NCBI GenBank assembly: GCA_017615275.1
Contig: JAGAAO010000024.1
Location: forward strand, 4,172 to 68,171
Length of the DNA: 64,000 bases
DNA from: Butyrivibrio sp.
GTDB lineage: Bacteria; Bacillota; Clostridia; Lachnospirales; Lachnospiraceae
Direction: 5' to 3'
The notes under the pieces were generated by a model. The model was not told where the DNA came from and did no database searches. It worked only from the letters and a program-made list of their open reading frames with translations. Position 1 is the stretch's first letter. Each line of letters begins with the position of its first letter. The position numbers were made by a program, and so were the translations under genes. Positions 27,782-37,343 of this stretch are shown here, one piece after another.

Positions 27782-29155
27782 TTATTTTTCTTTTTCTTCT
27801 TCCGCATCCTCTTTATCACTCGGATATATAGCCTTCACAAAATGTTTTGCTATATGTTCGTTACAAGCGGCATTTGTATGGATATTATCAACGAGCATAT
27901 CCTTACTGTTCTCATCGTCGACGGTACCGTAGTAGTTATCTATAAAGCTCACAGCCGTAGCTCCACTGGTATCCAACATAAACTGATAGTAAGTTGTAAG
28001 CTCACCGTTTCCCAGATCCACCTTATCTCCGTTTACGATCTGTCCCGATGAATCATAGGCATAACACATTGTAAGTGACATACATATGATCCTGATATAA
28101 GGATACTTTTCCTGAAATTTGGTGATTCCCGATTTAAGAGCTCCGCTGTACGCAACCTCATTAAGATCATTTTCAGGATCAAGTCCCGCTCTGAGGTTTA
28201 TGTAATCCTGCGCATCATAAAATATTACAAGCGTATCTATCTTGTCGAAATCCACATTTTCAAGAACAGACAGATTGTCGGAATATTTCGGATCTTCCAG
28301 TGACTGCGCCGCCTCATGAAGCTGTGAATAATCACCGCTTGTCATGGCATCGACCACACTTGGGAAACAAAATGCATCAAGCGGATAATCGCTGCTGTAT
28401 GAAGGATTCTTACGTGCTATGGTCGTTGAAGGAAATCCTGCGTTTATGCATGCTGCACCCGAGAGCTGACTGATCTGATCGACAACTCCGGTTTCCGAAT
28501 CATCATATGTAATGGCATCATTTCCGACAAAAAGGATTGTCTCCAATCCGTCATCTTCATGCCCTTCCTTCATATCATCAGACAGAACAAAAACCTCATC
28601 CTGAATCTCTACATCATAGTTTTCATCATCCGATATTTTAACTTTCTGTCCGCTTGCATTCCATATCACAAGCTTTATTACAGAAAATAAGATAACAGCA
28701 GCAATTACTCCGATTACCGCAAAGTGAGCCCAACGGGGAATTCCACCCTTTCCGTCATCTTCGTCATCATAACGATCGTCGTCATCATATCTGTCATCAT
28801 AACGGTCGTCATATCTGTCATCATCGTAGCGATCTTCGTCATCATAACGCTCATCACGATCATCGTCTTCTTCATCGTCATAGCGGTCATCGTCGTAGCG
28901 ATCTTCGTCATCATATCTGTCGTCGTACTGTTCTTCATCCTCGTAGCGTTCGTCGTCAAAATCCTCCGGATCATCATAATCACCGTCGTAATCAATATCA
29001 TCCTCAGGATCATCATAATCTTCATCGGAATCGTCTACGTCTTCACCGTAATCGTCGAAATCATCGTATTCATCATCTTCATATTCACGATCATAGTCAT
29101 CTACCATACGATCGTCATCATATTCATAATCATCATAATCTCTTCTGTTTCTCAT
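27782..29155 (-). CDS. Membrane-anchored SGNH-fold protein, probably catalytically altered, with an Asp/Tyr repeat N-terminus
   Basis: About 135 aa of DDRYDD repeats, one TM, then ILFVGND (block I), INAGF, FYDAQD (block III) and DNIH (block V). Confidence 0.72.
   Translation of the reverse strand: MRNRRDYDDYEYDDDRMVDDYDREYEDDEYDDFDDYGEDVDDSDEDYDDPEDDIDYDGDYDDPEDFDDERYEDEEQYDDRYDDEDRYDDDRYDDEEDDDRDERYDDEDRYDDDRYDDRYDDRYDDDDRYDDEDDGKGGIPRWAHFAVIGVIAAVILFSVIKLVIWNASGQKVKISDDENYDVEIQDEVFVLSDDMKEGHEDDGLETILFVGNDAITYDDSETGVVDQISQLSGAACINAGFPSTTIARKNPSYSSDYPLDAFCFPSVVDAMTSGDYSQLHEAAQSLEDPKYSDNLSVLENVDFDKIDTLVIFYDAQDYINLRAGLDPENDLNEVAYSGALKSGITKFQEKYPYIRIICMSLTMCYAYDSSGQIVNGDKVDLGNGELTTYYQFMLDTSGATAVSFIDNYYGTVDDENSKDMLVDNIHTNAACNEHIAKHFVKAIYPSDKEDAEEEKEK
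28750..29150. repeat. Degenerate coding repeat (DDRYDD/DDYD) in the SGNH-like protein N-terminus
   Basis: Many tandem RYDD and DYDD units in the translation. Confidence 0.9.
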
Positions 29156-29162
29156 GACAAAC

Positions 29163-30629
29163 TTATTCCTCTCTTGTGTTTGTTATCGAATTCAGCCCAT
29201 AAGCTTTTGCTACGTCACTGTTTATCGAGCTATCGGGATCATCAAGCAAAAAGAACGAATAAAAATTTCTTATGGATTCAGGATCTGTCGGAACATCGAC
29301 TTCGACATCCTGCCCCTTCTTATCGGCAAAGCTGTCAAAAAGTTCTTTGGTCTCAACATAATTCTTCTGAAATTCCCCGTCAAAAAGTTGCTTATTTAAC
29401 TTCGCAACACAGTATTCTCTCACTGTAAAAGGTGTTGCTATAAAACTTACAAATATAATCGCTGTAAGCACCGCGAGCACGGACATTTTCTTATGACCTT
29501 TAAGTACACTTCCCAAAAGCCATCCTATATAAATGGCACAATTATCAAAAGCTGCGGTCATACTTATCACCATGATAAAAAAGCATCTGTTCGGCATCCA
29601 CTCGAGACCGTATCCCAAGACAACCGGAAAAACCGTAACAAAAGGAGCAACAAACAACATAATACTTAATACTGTCCACGCCACCTTATGAAGCTTTATC
29701 TTATCATAAATAAGGAAACCTACGACCACAAGACTTGCAAACAGAACAAAAAAGTTCTTGTCGGCAAACAGCCAGCCTACTCCGTATCTGAAATATCCGA
29801 CAGTATTGGAGATGCCCGCCATGATATCCACAGAGCCGCTGTTCTCCGTTCCCTGTCTTGCGAAATTACCGGGAGCAAGCGCATTTACAAAGGCTCCCAC
29901 AAGACATATTCCAAATACTATCATATTATCCAATTCTAGTTTTTTTCTCTTAACTGCGAAATACACAAGTATGCAGAGAAGAAGATACATAAATGTTCCA
30001 GTTATCGCAAGAGACGCACCTGCCGCAAACACTCCCAGTATCGTCGCATAAACCGCAGGAGTTCTTCCCGTAAGCGCAACTTCTTTGTTGAAGTTGTAAA
30101 TGATAAAAAGCGTCAGCGCGATAATTCCAAATGCCATCGGGAATCCATATACCGAAGCTCCTACATACCAGTAGAAGACTTCTCTGAAAGAGTCGTACAT
30201 GGTGAGCGGAAATACAGCGACCGCCATAACAAAAAGCATGACATGTCTGTCCACTTCTGCGGCATTTTTCAGATATACATATGTCAAAACCAAAACCGAA
30301 CCCAGGATAAGAGCAGCGTTGATCATCATTATAACTCTCATCGCAGCAAAGCCGCCGCTTATCACAGGATTAAAAAACGATCCGAAAAATGAAGTAAAAT
30401 ATGTGCCCTGATGCTCCACATATATCTCATACGAAAACTTACAAGCGACCAACATGCGCTTCCAGATTCCTTTAACGCCTATGCCCGTTCTTGCATACCA
30501 AAAATCATCAGATATGGGAACAACATACATTGCCACTCTTATAACAGTTCCTATCATAAGAACAAGCGACAAAAACGAAACTATTCCCAAGCCAAATCTT
30601 AATATTTTTTTTGCCTTTTCTTTTTTCAT
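29163..30629 (-). CDS. Polytopic membrane protein, DUF6056-like putative GT-C transferase
   Basis: PISDDFWY, YWYVGASVY and LAPGN; paralogous motifs occur in 57458..59035. Confidence 0.65.
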   Translation of the reverse strand: MKKEKAKKILRFGLGIVSFLSLVLMIGTVIRVAMYVVPISDDFWYARTGIGVKGIWKRMLVACKFSYEIYVEHQGTYFTSFFGSFFNPVISGGFAAMRVIMMINAALILGSVLVLTYVYLKNAAEVDRHVMLFVMAVAVFPLTMYDSFREVFYWYVGASVYGFPMAFGIIALTLFIIYNFNKEVALTGRTPAVYATILGVFAAGASLAITGTFMYLLLCILVYFAVKRKKLELDNMIVFGICLVGAFVNALAPGNFARQGTENSGSVDIMAGISNTVGYFRYGVGWLFADKNFFVLFASLVVVGFLIYDKIKLHKVAWTVLSIMLFVAPFVTVFPVVLGYGLEWMPNRCFFIMVISMTAAFDNCAIYIGWLLGSVLKGHKKMSVLAVLTAIIFVSFIATPFTVREYCVAKLNKQLFDGEFQKNYVETKELFDSFADKKGQDVEVDVPTDPESIRNFYSFFLLDDPDSSINSDVAKAYGLNSITNTREE

Positions 30630-30645
30630 ATACTACTGATCTTTC

Positions 30646-31728
30646 TTACCACTTCTCCGAAAAAAGCCCTTCAAAATCGTAGGCTCCCACCATTTTTCTT
30701 ACTTTGGTCAATTCAGCTTCCATTTCTTCTGCGGAATTAATTTCATAATTTCCGTCTTTAAAGCATTCTACCATAAATTTGTTAATTGCGGGTTTATAAT
30801 GAGAATAATCTGCATAATTGTTGAGATCGATCACCTCATCCATAGTCTGAAAATCAAACAACCTGACGTTGTCATACTGCATAAGCCTGTCCGCAACATA
30901 TCTGTACTGCTCCATTGTCGCTTCAAAAGTATTCTCTTTTTTTACATTGTTCCAATAAAGAATACTGTAAGGAGGGAAAAAGATATAAAAATCCGTCTCG
31001 GGATGCTCCTCGATAAAGGGAATTATATTCCTGGACAGATTCACCTCTGTTCCCTCAATGAGCCCGTCCTTTGTCATCTCTTCGGGATTTTCTTCGGGCT
31101 GCTCATAATTGTGCATTACCCACTGAATGTTGTAATACTCGGGAGTCCACCAGCTGAAATAAATCTCGGACATATCCGAGCCCTCTCTCTGAACAGCAGG
31201 TCTGAAAATATACTGAAACAGAACATCCTTATTGATCAGATACTTCACATCATTTATAGGATTCCTGTCGTACAGATACTCAGGAAGCGGATACTTGGTC
31301 GTTTCCGGGTCTGCCGTAAGAGTAGGTATATCAAGTGCCAGATAAACATTCTTTACCGGAGAATGTTTTCTTGCATAAGTATTTTCATCAAACACGATCG
31401 AAAGAATATTGTAATGGTCTCTTGGATAAGCGCCGCTGTAACTTAGTTTAACGGTGTTTGCTCCAAGAAGCTCAGCAAAATCATCCGTATCAAAATTAAC
31501 CGTCATTGAAGAACCTATAATGCAACTGTCATACAGCATATTCTTCGCCATTCCGGGATTCTGACTGAGCTGATTGTCGACTATATAAGGAAATCCCGTA
31601 AGTGCCTCATGATAATGAAAAAAAGGATCCACATATACCACAAGCGCCCCGCATGCTATAAATGCAGCAAGCATCATACTCATTAAGACAACAAAATACT
31701 TTTTATACCTGTTCATAATACCCATCAT
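30646..31728 (-). CDS. MBOAT-associated SGNH-like acyltransferase (AlgJ/DltD/PatB-like)
   Basis: N-terminal TM, VDPFFHY, IIGSS, FFPPY and DYSH (DxxH); directly downstream of the MBOAT gene. Confidence 0.7.
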   Translation of the reverse strand: MMGIMNRYKKYFVVLMSMMLAAFIACGALVVYVDPFFHYHEALTGFPYIVDNQLSQNPGMAKNMLYDSCIIGSSMTVNFDTDDFAELLGANTVKLSYSGAYPRDHYNILSIVFDENTYARKHSPVKNVYLALDIPTLTADPETTKYPLPEYLYDRNPINDVKYLINKDVLFQYIFRPAVQREGSDMSEIYFSWWTPEYYNIQWVMHNYEQPEENPEEMTKDGLIEGTEVNLSRNIIPFIEEHPETDFYIFFPPYSILYWNNVKKENTFEATMEQYRYVADRLMQYDNVRLFDFQTMDEVIDLNNYADYSHYKPAINKFMVECFKDGNYEINSAEEMEAELTKVRKMVGAYDFEGLFSEKW

Positions 31729-31732
31729 CCCA

Positions 31733-33205
31733 TCAGAAATTCATATAAAGATATGTACTTACGCCCGAAAAGCTTATAATGCTCCAGAGCAAAAGGAACG
31801 CCGTAAGAAGCGTTGTCCCCATATTTATCTTGCATTCACGGCAAAAGCGGATCGCGTTTTTGCCAAAAAATATTATGATCACCGCTGCCGCCAAAAACAA
31901 CCACAAGCATAAATCCCATGCAAAATTATAATTCATTATCGGAGTAACCTTAATAATATACCATATCTCATCAAGCCTGAATCCGTCGGCGAAAGTACTG
32001 TAAAACGGCTTGGGTCCTCCAACCGCCATCCTGACAAACAGTCCTATTGCATCCGAAACGGTCTCCGCTCTGAAGAACACCCATGTAGCCATGATAAAGA
32101 TATAATTTCCCAGCACTGCTGCCGCCTTCCTGACCGCAGCAAATATTTTGACGGCTTTATTGTCTTTAGCCTCTTTCTTTTCCTTACGCGCGTTCTTTAC
32201 CATCTTGGTAAGTACGCTCATCACTCCGTGAGCGGCTCCCCAGATAATAAACGTAAGTCCGCTTCCATGCCAGATTCCGCTTATCAGAAATACTATGAGC
32301 ACGTTAATATAAGTTCTTACCCTTCCTTTTCTGTTTCCTCCAAGCGGGATATATACATACTTTGTAAAAAATCCGGTCAAGGTCATGTGCCATCTGTTCC
32401 AGAAATCATCAATATCCGTTGCCTTATACGGTGAATTGAAATTGGTCGCAAGATCAAATCCCATCATCATACATATTGCTGTTGCAACGTCACAATAACC
32501 GCTGAAATCAAAATACAGCTGAAACGAATAGAACACAGCCGTGAGTATAGCTTCCATTCTTCCAAGATTAGGAATTGCGGAAAAGCCGTATTCCACTGCC
32601 TTGGCAAAAGTATCCGCAAGAATGACTTTCTTAAAAAGTCCCATGGACAAAAGAAGAAGTCCTCTCATCATCTTTTCCCAGTCAAGTTCTTCTTCGTATG
32701 CCTTTTTTATTCCCGCATCAAAAGAGCCAAAGCCCTCAAGAGGTCCCTGCAAAAGCTTTGGAAAAAACAATATGTATACGAGATAATCCGGAATATCAAA
32801 TTCTTTTATCTCGCCGCGATATAAATCTATAACATAGGAAATCTGATTGAACGTGTAGAAACTGATCGCAACAGGAAAAAACAAACCACTGAACTTAAAG
32901 AAAGACAACAGCACGACATTAAATGCAATGCCGGCGATAAGCCATGCCTTCTTTTTCTTACTTTTCCCGATGCGATATATGATTATTATGTTGATAATTA
33001 AGCTGATGCACAAGACCGCTGTATTTCTAACGCCAAAGAAGCTGTAGAAAACAAACGACGCCAATATGATCAATATGTTCAGCGCAGCCTCTTTTTTAAT
33101 CTGATCTTGTACAAAAGCTCTTATGATAAAAAATGCCACAAGAAAGACCGGCAAAAACAAAAGCATGAATCCGTAGGTATTAAAAAGCATTGTCACTTCA
33201 ACCAT
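31733..33205 (-). CDS. MBOAT family O-acyltransferase (AlgI/DltB/PatA-like)
   Basis: PVAISFYTF, FFPKLLQGP, LYFDFSGY, FWNRWH, YIPLGGN and SGIWHG with the catalytic His. Confidence 0.92.
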   Translation of the reverse strand: MVEVTMLFNTYGFMLLFLPVFLVAFFIIRAFVQDQIKKEAALNILIILASFVFYSFFGVRNTAVLCISLIINIIIIYRIGKSKKKKAWLIAGIAFNVVLLSFFKFSGLFFPVAISFYTFNQISYVIDLYRGEIKEFDIPDYLVYILFFPKLLQGPLEGFGSFDAGIKKAYEEELDWEKMMRGLLLLSMGLFKKVILADTFAKAVEYGFSAIPNLGRMEAILTAVFYSFQLYFDFSGYCDVATAICMMMGFDLATNFNSPYKATDIDDFWNRWHMTLTGFFTKYVYIPLGGNRKGRVRTYINVLIVFLISGIWHGSGLTFIIWGAAHGVMSVLTKMVKNARKEKKEAKDNKAVKIFAAVRKAAAVLGNYIFIMATWVFFRAETVSDAIGLFVRMAVGGPKPFYSTFADGFRLDEIWYIIKVTPIMNYNFAWDLCLWLFLAAAVIIIFFGKNAIRFCRECKINMGTTLLTAFLLLWSIISFSGVSTYLYMNF

Positions 33206-33906
33206 TCACTTCTTTTACTGATAAGAAGCGCCTTAAAGATATCGATGTCATCAACAGTCGTGAGTTTGATGTTCTTCTCCGACCCCTGTGAAAAATATAC
33301 TTTTCTTCCCAGTTCCGTCATAAGTGTGCATGACGCAACCGAATTCGTTATTCCCTTTGAAAGAGCCTCTCTGTGAAGCTCACAGATCTCTCCGAGTCTG
33401 AATCCCTGAGGAGTCTGAGTTCTCTTGAGGTTATCTCTGGGATATGTCTTTTCGGACATCTCACCGTCATCCGTGGTGAGCATGGCTTCTGCGCAGGGGA
33501 TTGCCGTGATGGCATTTCCGTACTGCTTGGTCTTCATAATGCAGTCCGATATTATCTCCGCCGACACCATCGGTCTGATCGCATCATGAATAAGAACGAT
33601 AGTATCTTCATCAAAATTCTTTTCAAGCTCGTAAACACCGTTTCTGATTGATCCCTGACCGTTATCTCCGCCGGGAACCACATGCTCAAGCTTGGTTATA
33701 TTAAACTGGCGGGCATATGCCATAAGCATCTGCTCCCATCCTTCAACGCACACTACTGCGATCGAATCTATCTCAGGATGATTCTGAAATGCTTCAAGCG
33801 TATATACAATAACAGGCTTCTCATTTACCGTAAGAAACTGCTTCGGAATATCCTGTTTCATTCTGGCGCCGGTTCCGCCTGCAATTATAAGTGCTACCGT
33901 TTTCAT
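33193..33906 (-). CDS. IspD/TarI-family polyol-phosphate cytidylyltransferase
   Basis: IAGGTGARM, PKQFL, LIHDAIRP, QTPQ and NIKLTT. Confidence 0.9.
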   Translation of the reverse strand: MKTVALIIAGGTGARMKQDIPKQFLTVNEKPVIVYTLEAFQNHPEIDSIAVVCVEGWEQMLMAYARQFNITKLEHVVPGGDNGQGSIRNGVYELEKNFDEDTIVLIHDAIRPMVSAEIISDCIMKTKQYGNAITAIPCAEAMLTTDDGEMSEKTYPRDNLKRTQTPQGFRLGEICELHREALSKGITNSVASCTLMTELGRKVYFSQGSEKNIKLTTVDDIDIFKALLISKRSEWLK

Positions 33907-33909
33907 AAA

Positions 33910-34776
33910 TTATTCCTCGTTCTTCTTTATGACATTGACATGCATAGGCACTCTCTTATCCTCGGGAGGAAGGCTCATGTAATCCTTATATGTCTTCTTA
34001 AGCCACTTGTCATGCTCCTTCGGGATCGGGAACTCTTTTTCCCTGATATAAGCAGTATCGGGTCCGTAAACAAGATGTTCCGCGTCAAAATCAAGCCCCC
34101 AGTATCTGGGATCGGGCTGCTCGTTGGAAATAAAGAGAGTCTTAAGATCACTGTCATTTCCCTGAGCCTTGCATGCAATGCCGCCCTCTGTCTGTATTTT
34201 CATGTACTTACGTGCTATCACTCCGAAAGGAATACACTTTCCTATCTTGGTAAGCACAAAAGCAACTACCTTCATAGCGGGGCCGAACTTACTATAGTCT
34301 ACATAAGGTCTGTGTCCCATTGCAAGTGAATATAAGAGTTTCAATCTAAGCAGCTGCATTTTGTGATTGTCCGACTCTATATCAAATACAAAGAGATCTA
34401 GTGTCGGATGCGAATATCTGTTATCATAAAAATCTTCCGCACCAAAGCTCGTGCTCTCATAGGTCAGATCATTATCGGCAATCTTTGTTATAAAATCAAA
34501 GAACTGCGGATATTTCTCAAATCTGAGAAGCTTAAATCTCTCTTCAGCCTCTGTTTCAAATACTTCAAGAAATCTCTCATAGTCTTTTCTCAAAAAGAGA
34601 ATGTCCACATCGTCATCCCACGGAATAAAATCTCCGTGCCTCACAGCGCCCAGAAATGTTCCCCCGTGTAGATAATACTGTATATCATATTTTCGGCAGA
34701 TTCTGTCAACTTCACACAGCATGGCAAAATCCGACTCATGTACTTTATCTAAATATTCCTGTATCTCTTTATTCAT
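33910..34776 (-). CDS. licD: LicD-family phosphotransferase (CDP-alcohol donor)
   Basis: GGTFLGAVRHGDFIPWDDDVDI, LDLF and YKDYMSLPP. Start uncertain (34776-34812). Confidence 0.9.
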   Translation of the reverse strand: MNKEIQEYLDKVHESDFAMLCEVDRICRKYDIQYYLHGGTFLGAVRHGDFIPWDDDVDILFLRKDYERFLEVFETEAEERFKLLRFEKYPQFFDFITKIADNDLTYESTSFGAEDFYDNRYSHPTLDLFVFDIESDNHKMQLLRLKLLYSLAMGHRPYVDYSKFGPAMKVVAFVLTKIGKCIPFGVIARKYMKIQTEGGIACKAQGNDSDLKTLFISNEQPDPRYWGLDFDAEHLVYGPDTAYIREKEFPIPKEHDKWLKKTYKDYMSLPPEDKRVPMHVNVIKKNEE

Positions 34777-35620
34777 TTTCAATTCCATATATCTTTTCTT
34801 TTTCGGCAACAAAGGCGTCTCTTTCCAATTCCCTGTTATCGCCGATCAAAATATCCTCGTAGATATTGTATTTGTCTACTGTATCAACAAGTCTTACATT
34901 AAATTGAGTGATGTCTTTATCCATCTCTTTGTCAGTCGGAATGATTATATACCTGTCCAGATCCATCCTTGTATAATACAAGAGCTCGTCTGTTTTCATC
35001 ATTCCCTCTGCGCTCATCACTGCCTTGACTCCTGTGTAATAACCGTTATCCACATAGTCTCTTCCGTAAGCAAGAAGTATGTCGGTGTTATACTGTCTTA
35101 CAAAATAAGTAAGCTCAGGCGGAAATGCGGCTCTTACTCTTTCTTCACCGTCAAGAGGCGAGATCCTGTCGCATATATCTATTACATGCTGCGGAATATG
35201 ATAAGGATTCTCCGCCTTAAATACGTATTCATTTGAATATACACACGAACCTGTAACCGCGATCACAACAGCAACAACGCCAACCGCAACACGCTTTTTT
35301 ACCGCGCTTTTTATCCCTGAGATAAACTTGGTAAATGCGTACGCAATAGTGACATACATCGGGATCAGCCACAAAATTCTGTAATACGTTGCTGCTTCCT
35401 CGATTCCGAGCAATTTTTCGCTGACATACAATTTCTTTGTTATGGGAAAAAGAAATCCCGCAACGATCACAAACGGCATAATGCCGAACAATAATTTTTT
35501 CTTGATATCGCTCTCTTTTACAATAAGGTAGATCGAAGAAATCAAAAGAAGTACCAGGATGCTTCCGTTTCCTCCGAAATCTTTAAGATCGACCAGACAT
35601 TCCATAAATATTCCGTACAT
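34769..35620 (-). CDS. Membrane protein (4 TM plus soluble C-terminal domain), partner of the DUF6077-like gene
   Basis: TYYRILWLIP, ENPYHIP and VRQY; ATG at 35620 follows GGAGG. Confidence 0.65.
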   Translation of the reverse strand: MYGIFMECLVDLKDFGGNGSILVLLLISSIYLIVKESDIKKKLLFGIMPFVIVAGFLFPITKKLYVSEKLLGIEEAATYYRILWLIPMYVTIAYAFTKFISGIKSAVKKRVAVGVVAVVIAVTGSCVYSNEYVFKAENPYHIPQHVIDICDRISPLDGEERVRAAFPPELTYFVRQYNTDILLAYGRDYVDNGYYTGVKAVMSAEGMMKTDELLYYTRMDLDRYIIIPTDKEMDKDITQFNVRLVDTVDKYNIYEDILIGDNRELERDAFVAEKEKIYGIENE

Positions 35621-35621
35621 A

Positions 35622-36710
35622 TCAGTGTCCTCCGTTCCCAAAGAAAAGAATCAGGTAAACGAGGTTTGGAATTATCGAACAAAACGCTCCCAAAACAACT
35701 GTCCACCTCTTCGAAGAAATAAGAAGTATCAGTGATAACAGCATCACAAGTCCCGCTCCGAATACAACGCCCATTTCCGTACACATTCCTGAAAACATAT
35801 TCACAAGGAACAAGAACGCCCACAGAGAAGCTCGCTCAGAGACAGGCTTTTTTTCTCCGTCACAGTCTTTGTATATCCATAAGAAGATCAATACGATCAT
35901 GGGAAAAGCGATGCTTGTGAGCATTGACTTTCCCTGCCAGGTTCTCATCAAAAAGAACGTTGCCGGAGTGAAGATCGATACATTTCCAAAGATCATAAGA
36001 ATATTTACAATGATCATGAATATTGGTCTCATCTCAACGTTATCGGCAAAAAGCACCTTGGATATCTCGTGATAAATAATATACACGAGCGGAATTATCA
36101 AAAGCGGCATAGCAGTATATGCCACAATAGTTGCATGAACGCCGCAAGCTTTACCTATAAACGCAATCCACATCGGCACAACCGCGAGCGCATGCCTTAC
36201 ATCAAGCGGCTGCAATCCGCCCTTATACGGATCAACGGTATACATGGCACCGATTTTCTGCGCGATCACTGATTGAGTAACGTAATACGTATTGTCTCCG
36301 TCAAATATTCTTGAAACAACCGCCTTTATCATCTGGAATAATACCAGCGCAATAAATATTCCGTAAAAGACCTTGGTATCAATACTAAGCCCTTTTATAT
36401 CAGGCTTTTTTATCATCGTCCTGTCAAATCTGAAAAACATGAATATACCTGTCACGGTTAATAAAAGCACTGCAACAAGGCACGCTTTAAAACAGGTCTC
36501 AAAAGCACCCGGCTGACCTGCAATAGTCAAAACACAAAAGATAGATATTATCTGGACAACGCCAAAATATGCAAAGAATCCGATCAGATAGGTAATTACC
36601 GGTCTTCTCATCTCTTTTTTCAAGATATATTTAAAAAGCTGCCCTATACACATGGGCACGATAAACATAAAAAATATAAGTCTTATTATCGACCATACAG
36701 TCATTAACAT
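35622..36710 (-). CDS. Polytopic membrane protein, DUF6077-like putative GT-C transferase
   Basis: DGDNTYYV acidic motif, DPYKG and FFLMRTWQGKS; about 10 TM helices. Confidence 0.62.
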   Translation of the reverse strand: MLMTVWSIIRLIFFMFIVPMCIGQLFKYILKKEMRRPVITYLIGFFAYFGVVQIISIFCVLTIAGQPGAFETCFKACLVAVLLLTVTGIFMFFRFDRTMIKKPDIKGLSIDTKVFYGIFIALVLFQMIKAVVSRIFDGDNTYYVTQSVIAQKIGAMYTVDPYKGGLQPLDVRHALAVVPMWIAFIGKACGVHATIVAYTAMPLLIIPLVYIIYHEISKVLFADNVEMRPIFMIIVNILMIFGNVSIFTPATFFLMRTWQGKSMLTSIAFPMIVLIFLWIYKDCDGEKKPVSERASLWAFLFLVNMFSGMCTEMGVVFGAGLVMLLSLILLISSKRWTVVLGAFCSIIPNLVYLILFFGNGGH

Positions 36711-36725
36711 TTTTGCAATCCTTTA

Positions 36726-37343
36726 TCAGTCCATCATCAGTTTCAAGTGTTCCTGCAAAATACTGATTCCCGTAAGATTCTCGCCGCCTCTGGGAATAAT
36801 GATATCGGCGTACTTCTTATTCGGTTCTATAAACTGCTCATGCATGGGTTTAACGGTATCTCTGTACTGATTGAGGATAGACTCGATGCTTCTTGCTCTC
36901 TCAGCCATATCTCTTATGATCCTTCTCATAAGTCTCTCATCGGCATCAGTATCAACATAAACCTTTATATCCATGAGATCACGCAATTCTCTGTTCTCAA
37001 GAACCAGAATTCCCTCTACGATTATAACCTTCTTGGGAATAATATGCACAGTTGCATCCGCTCTGTTATGAATCGAGAAATCATATACAGGGATATCAAC
37101 TTCTTTATTCTCTTTGAGCATTTTGATATGCTCTATCATCATATCCGTATCAAATGCATCGGGATGATCGTAGTTAAGCTTAGACCTGTCCTCGTATGAA
37201 AGGTCGTCATGTGCCTTATAATATGAATCGTGGTTGATAACAACAATGTCATCACCGAATTTCTCTTTTATCCTGCGTACGATAGTAGTCTTTCCGGACG
37301 CTGTTCCTCCGGCTATACCCACTACACAAACTTTATCACTCAT
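36726..37343 (-). CDS. udk: Uridine/cytidine kinase
   Basis: GIAGGTASGKTT, HDSYYK, NYDHPDAFD, IIVEGIL, RRIIRD, VKPMHEQFIEP and ADIIIPRGG. ATG at 37343 overlaps the upstream stop. Confidence 0.95.
   Translation of the reverse strand: MSDKVCVVGIAGGTASGKTTIVRRIKEKFGDDIVVINHDSYYKAHDDLSYEDRSKLNYDHPDAFDTDMMIEHIKMLKENKEVDIPVYDFSIHNRADATVHIIPKKVIIVEGILVLENRELRDLMDIKVYVDTDADERLMRRIIRDMAERARSIESILNQYRDTVKPMHEQFIEPNKKYADIIIPRGGENLTGISILQEHLKLMMD

Noticed and set aside
30646-33205. dlt operon
   Set aside because: No DltA ligase or DltC carrier is in the window; generic O-acylation fits better.
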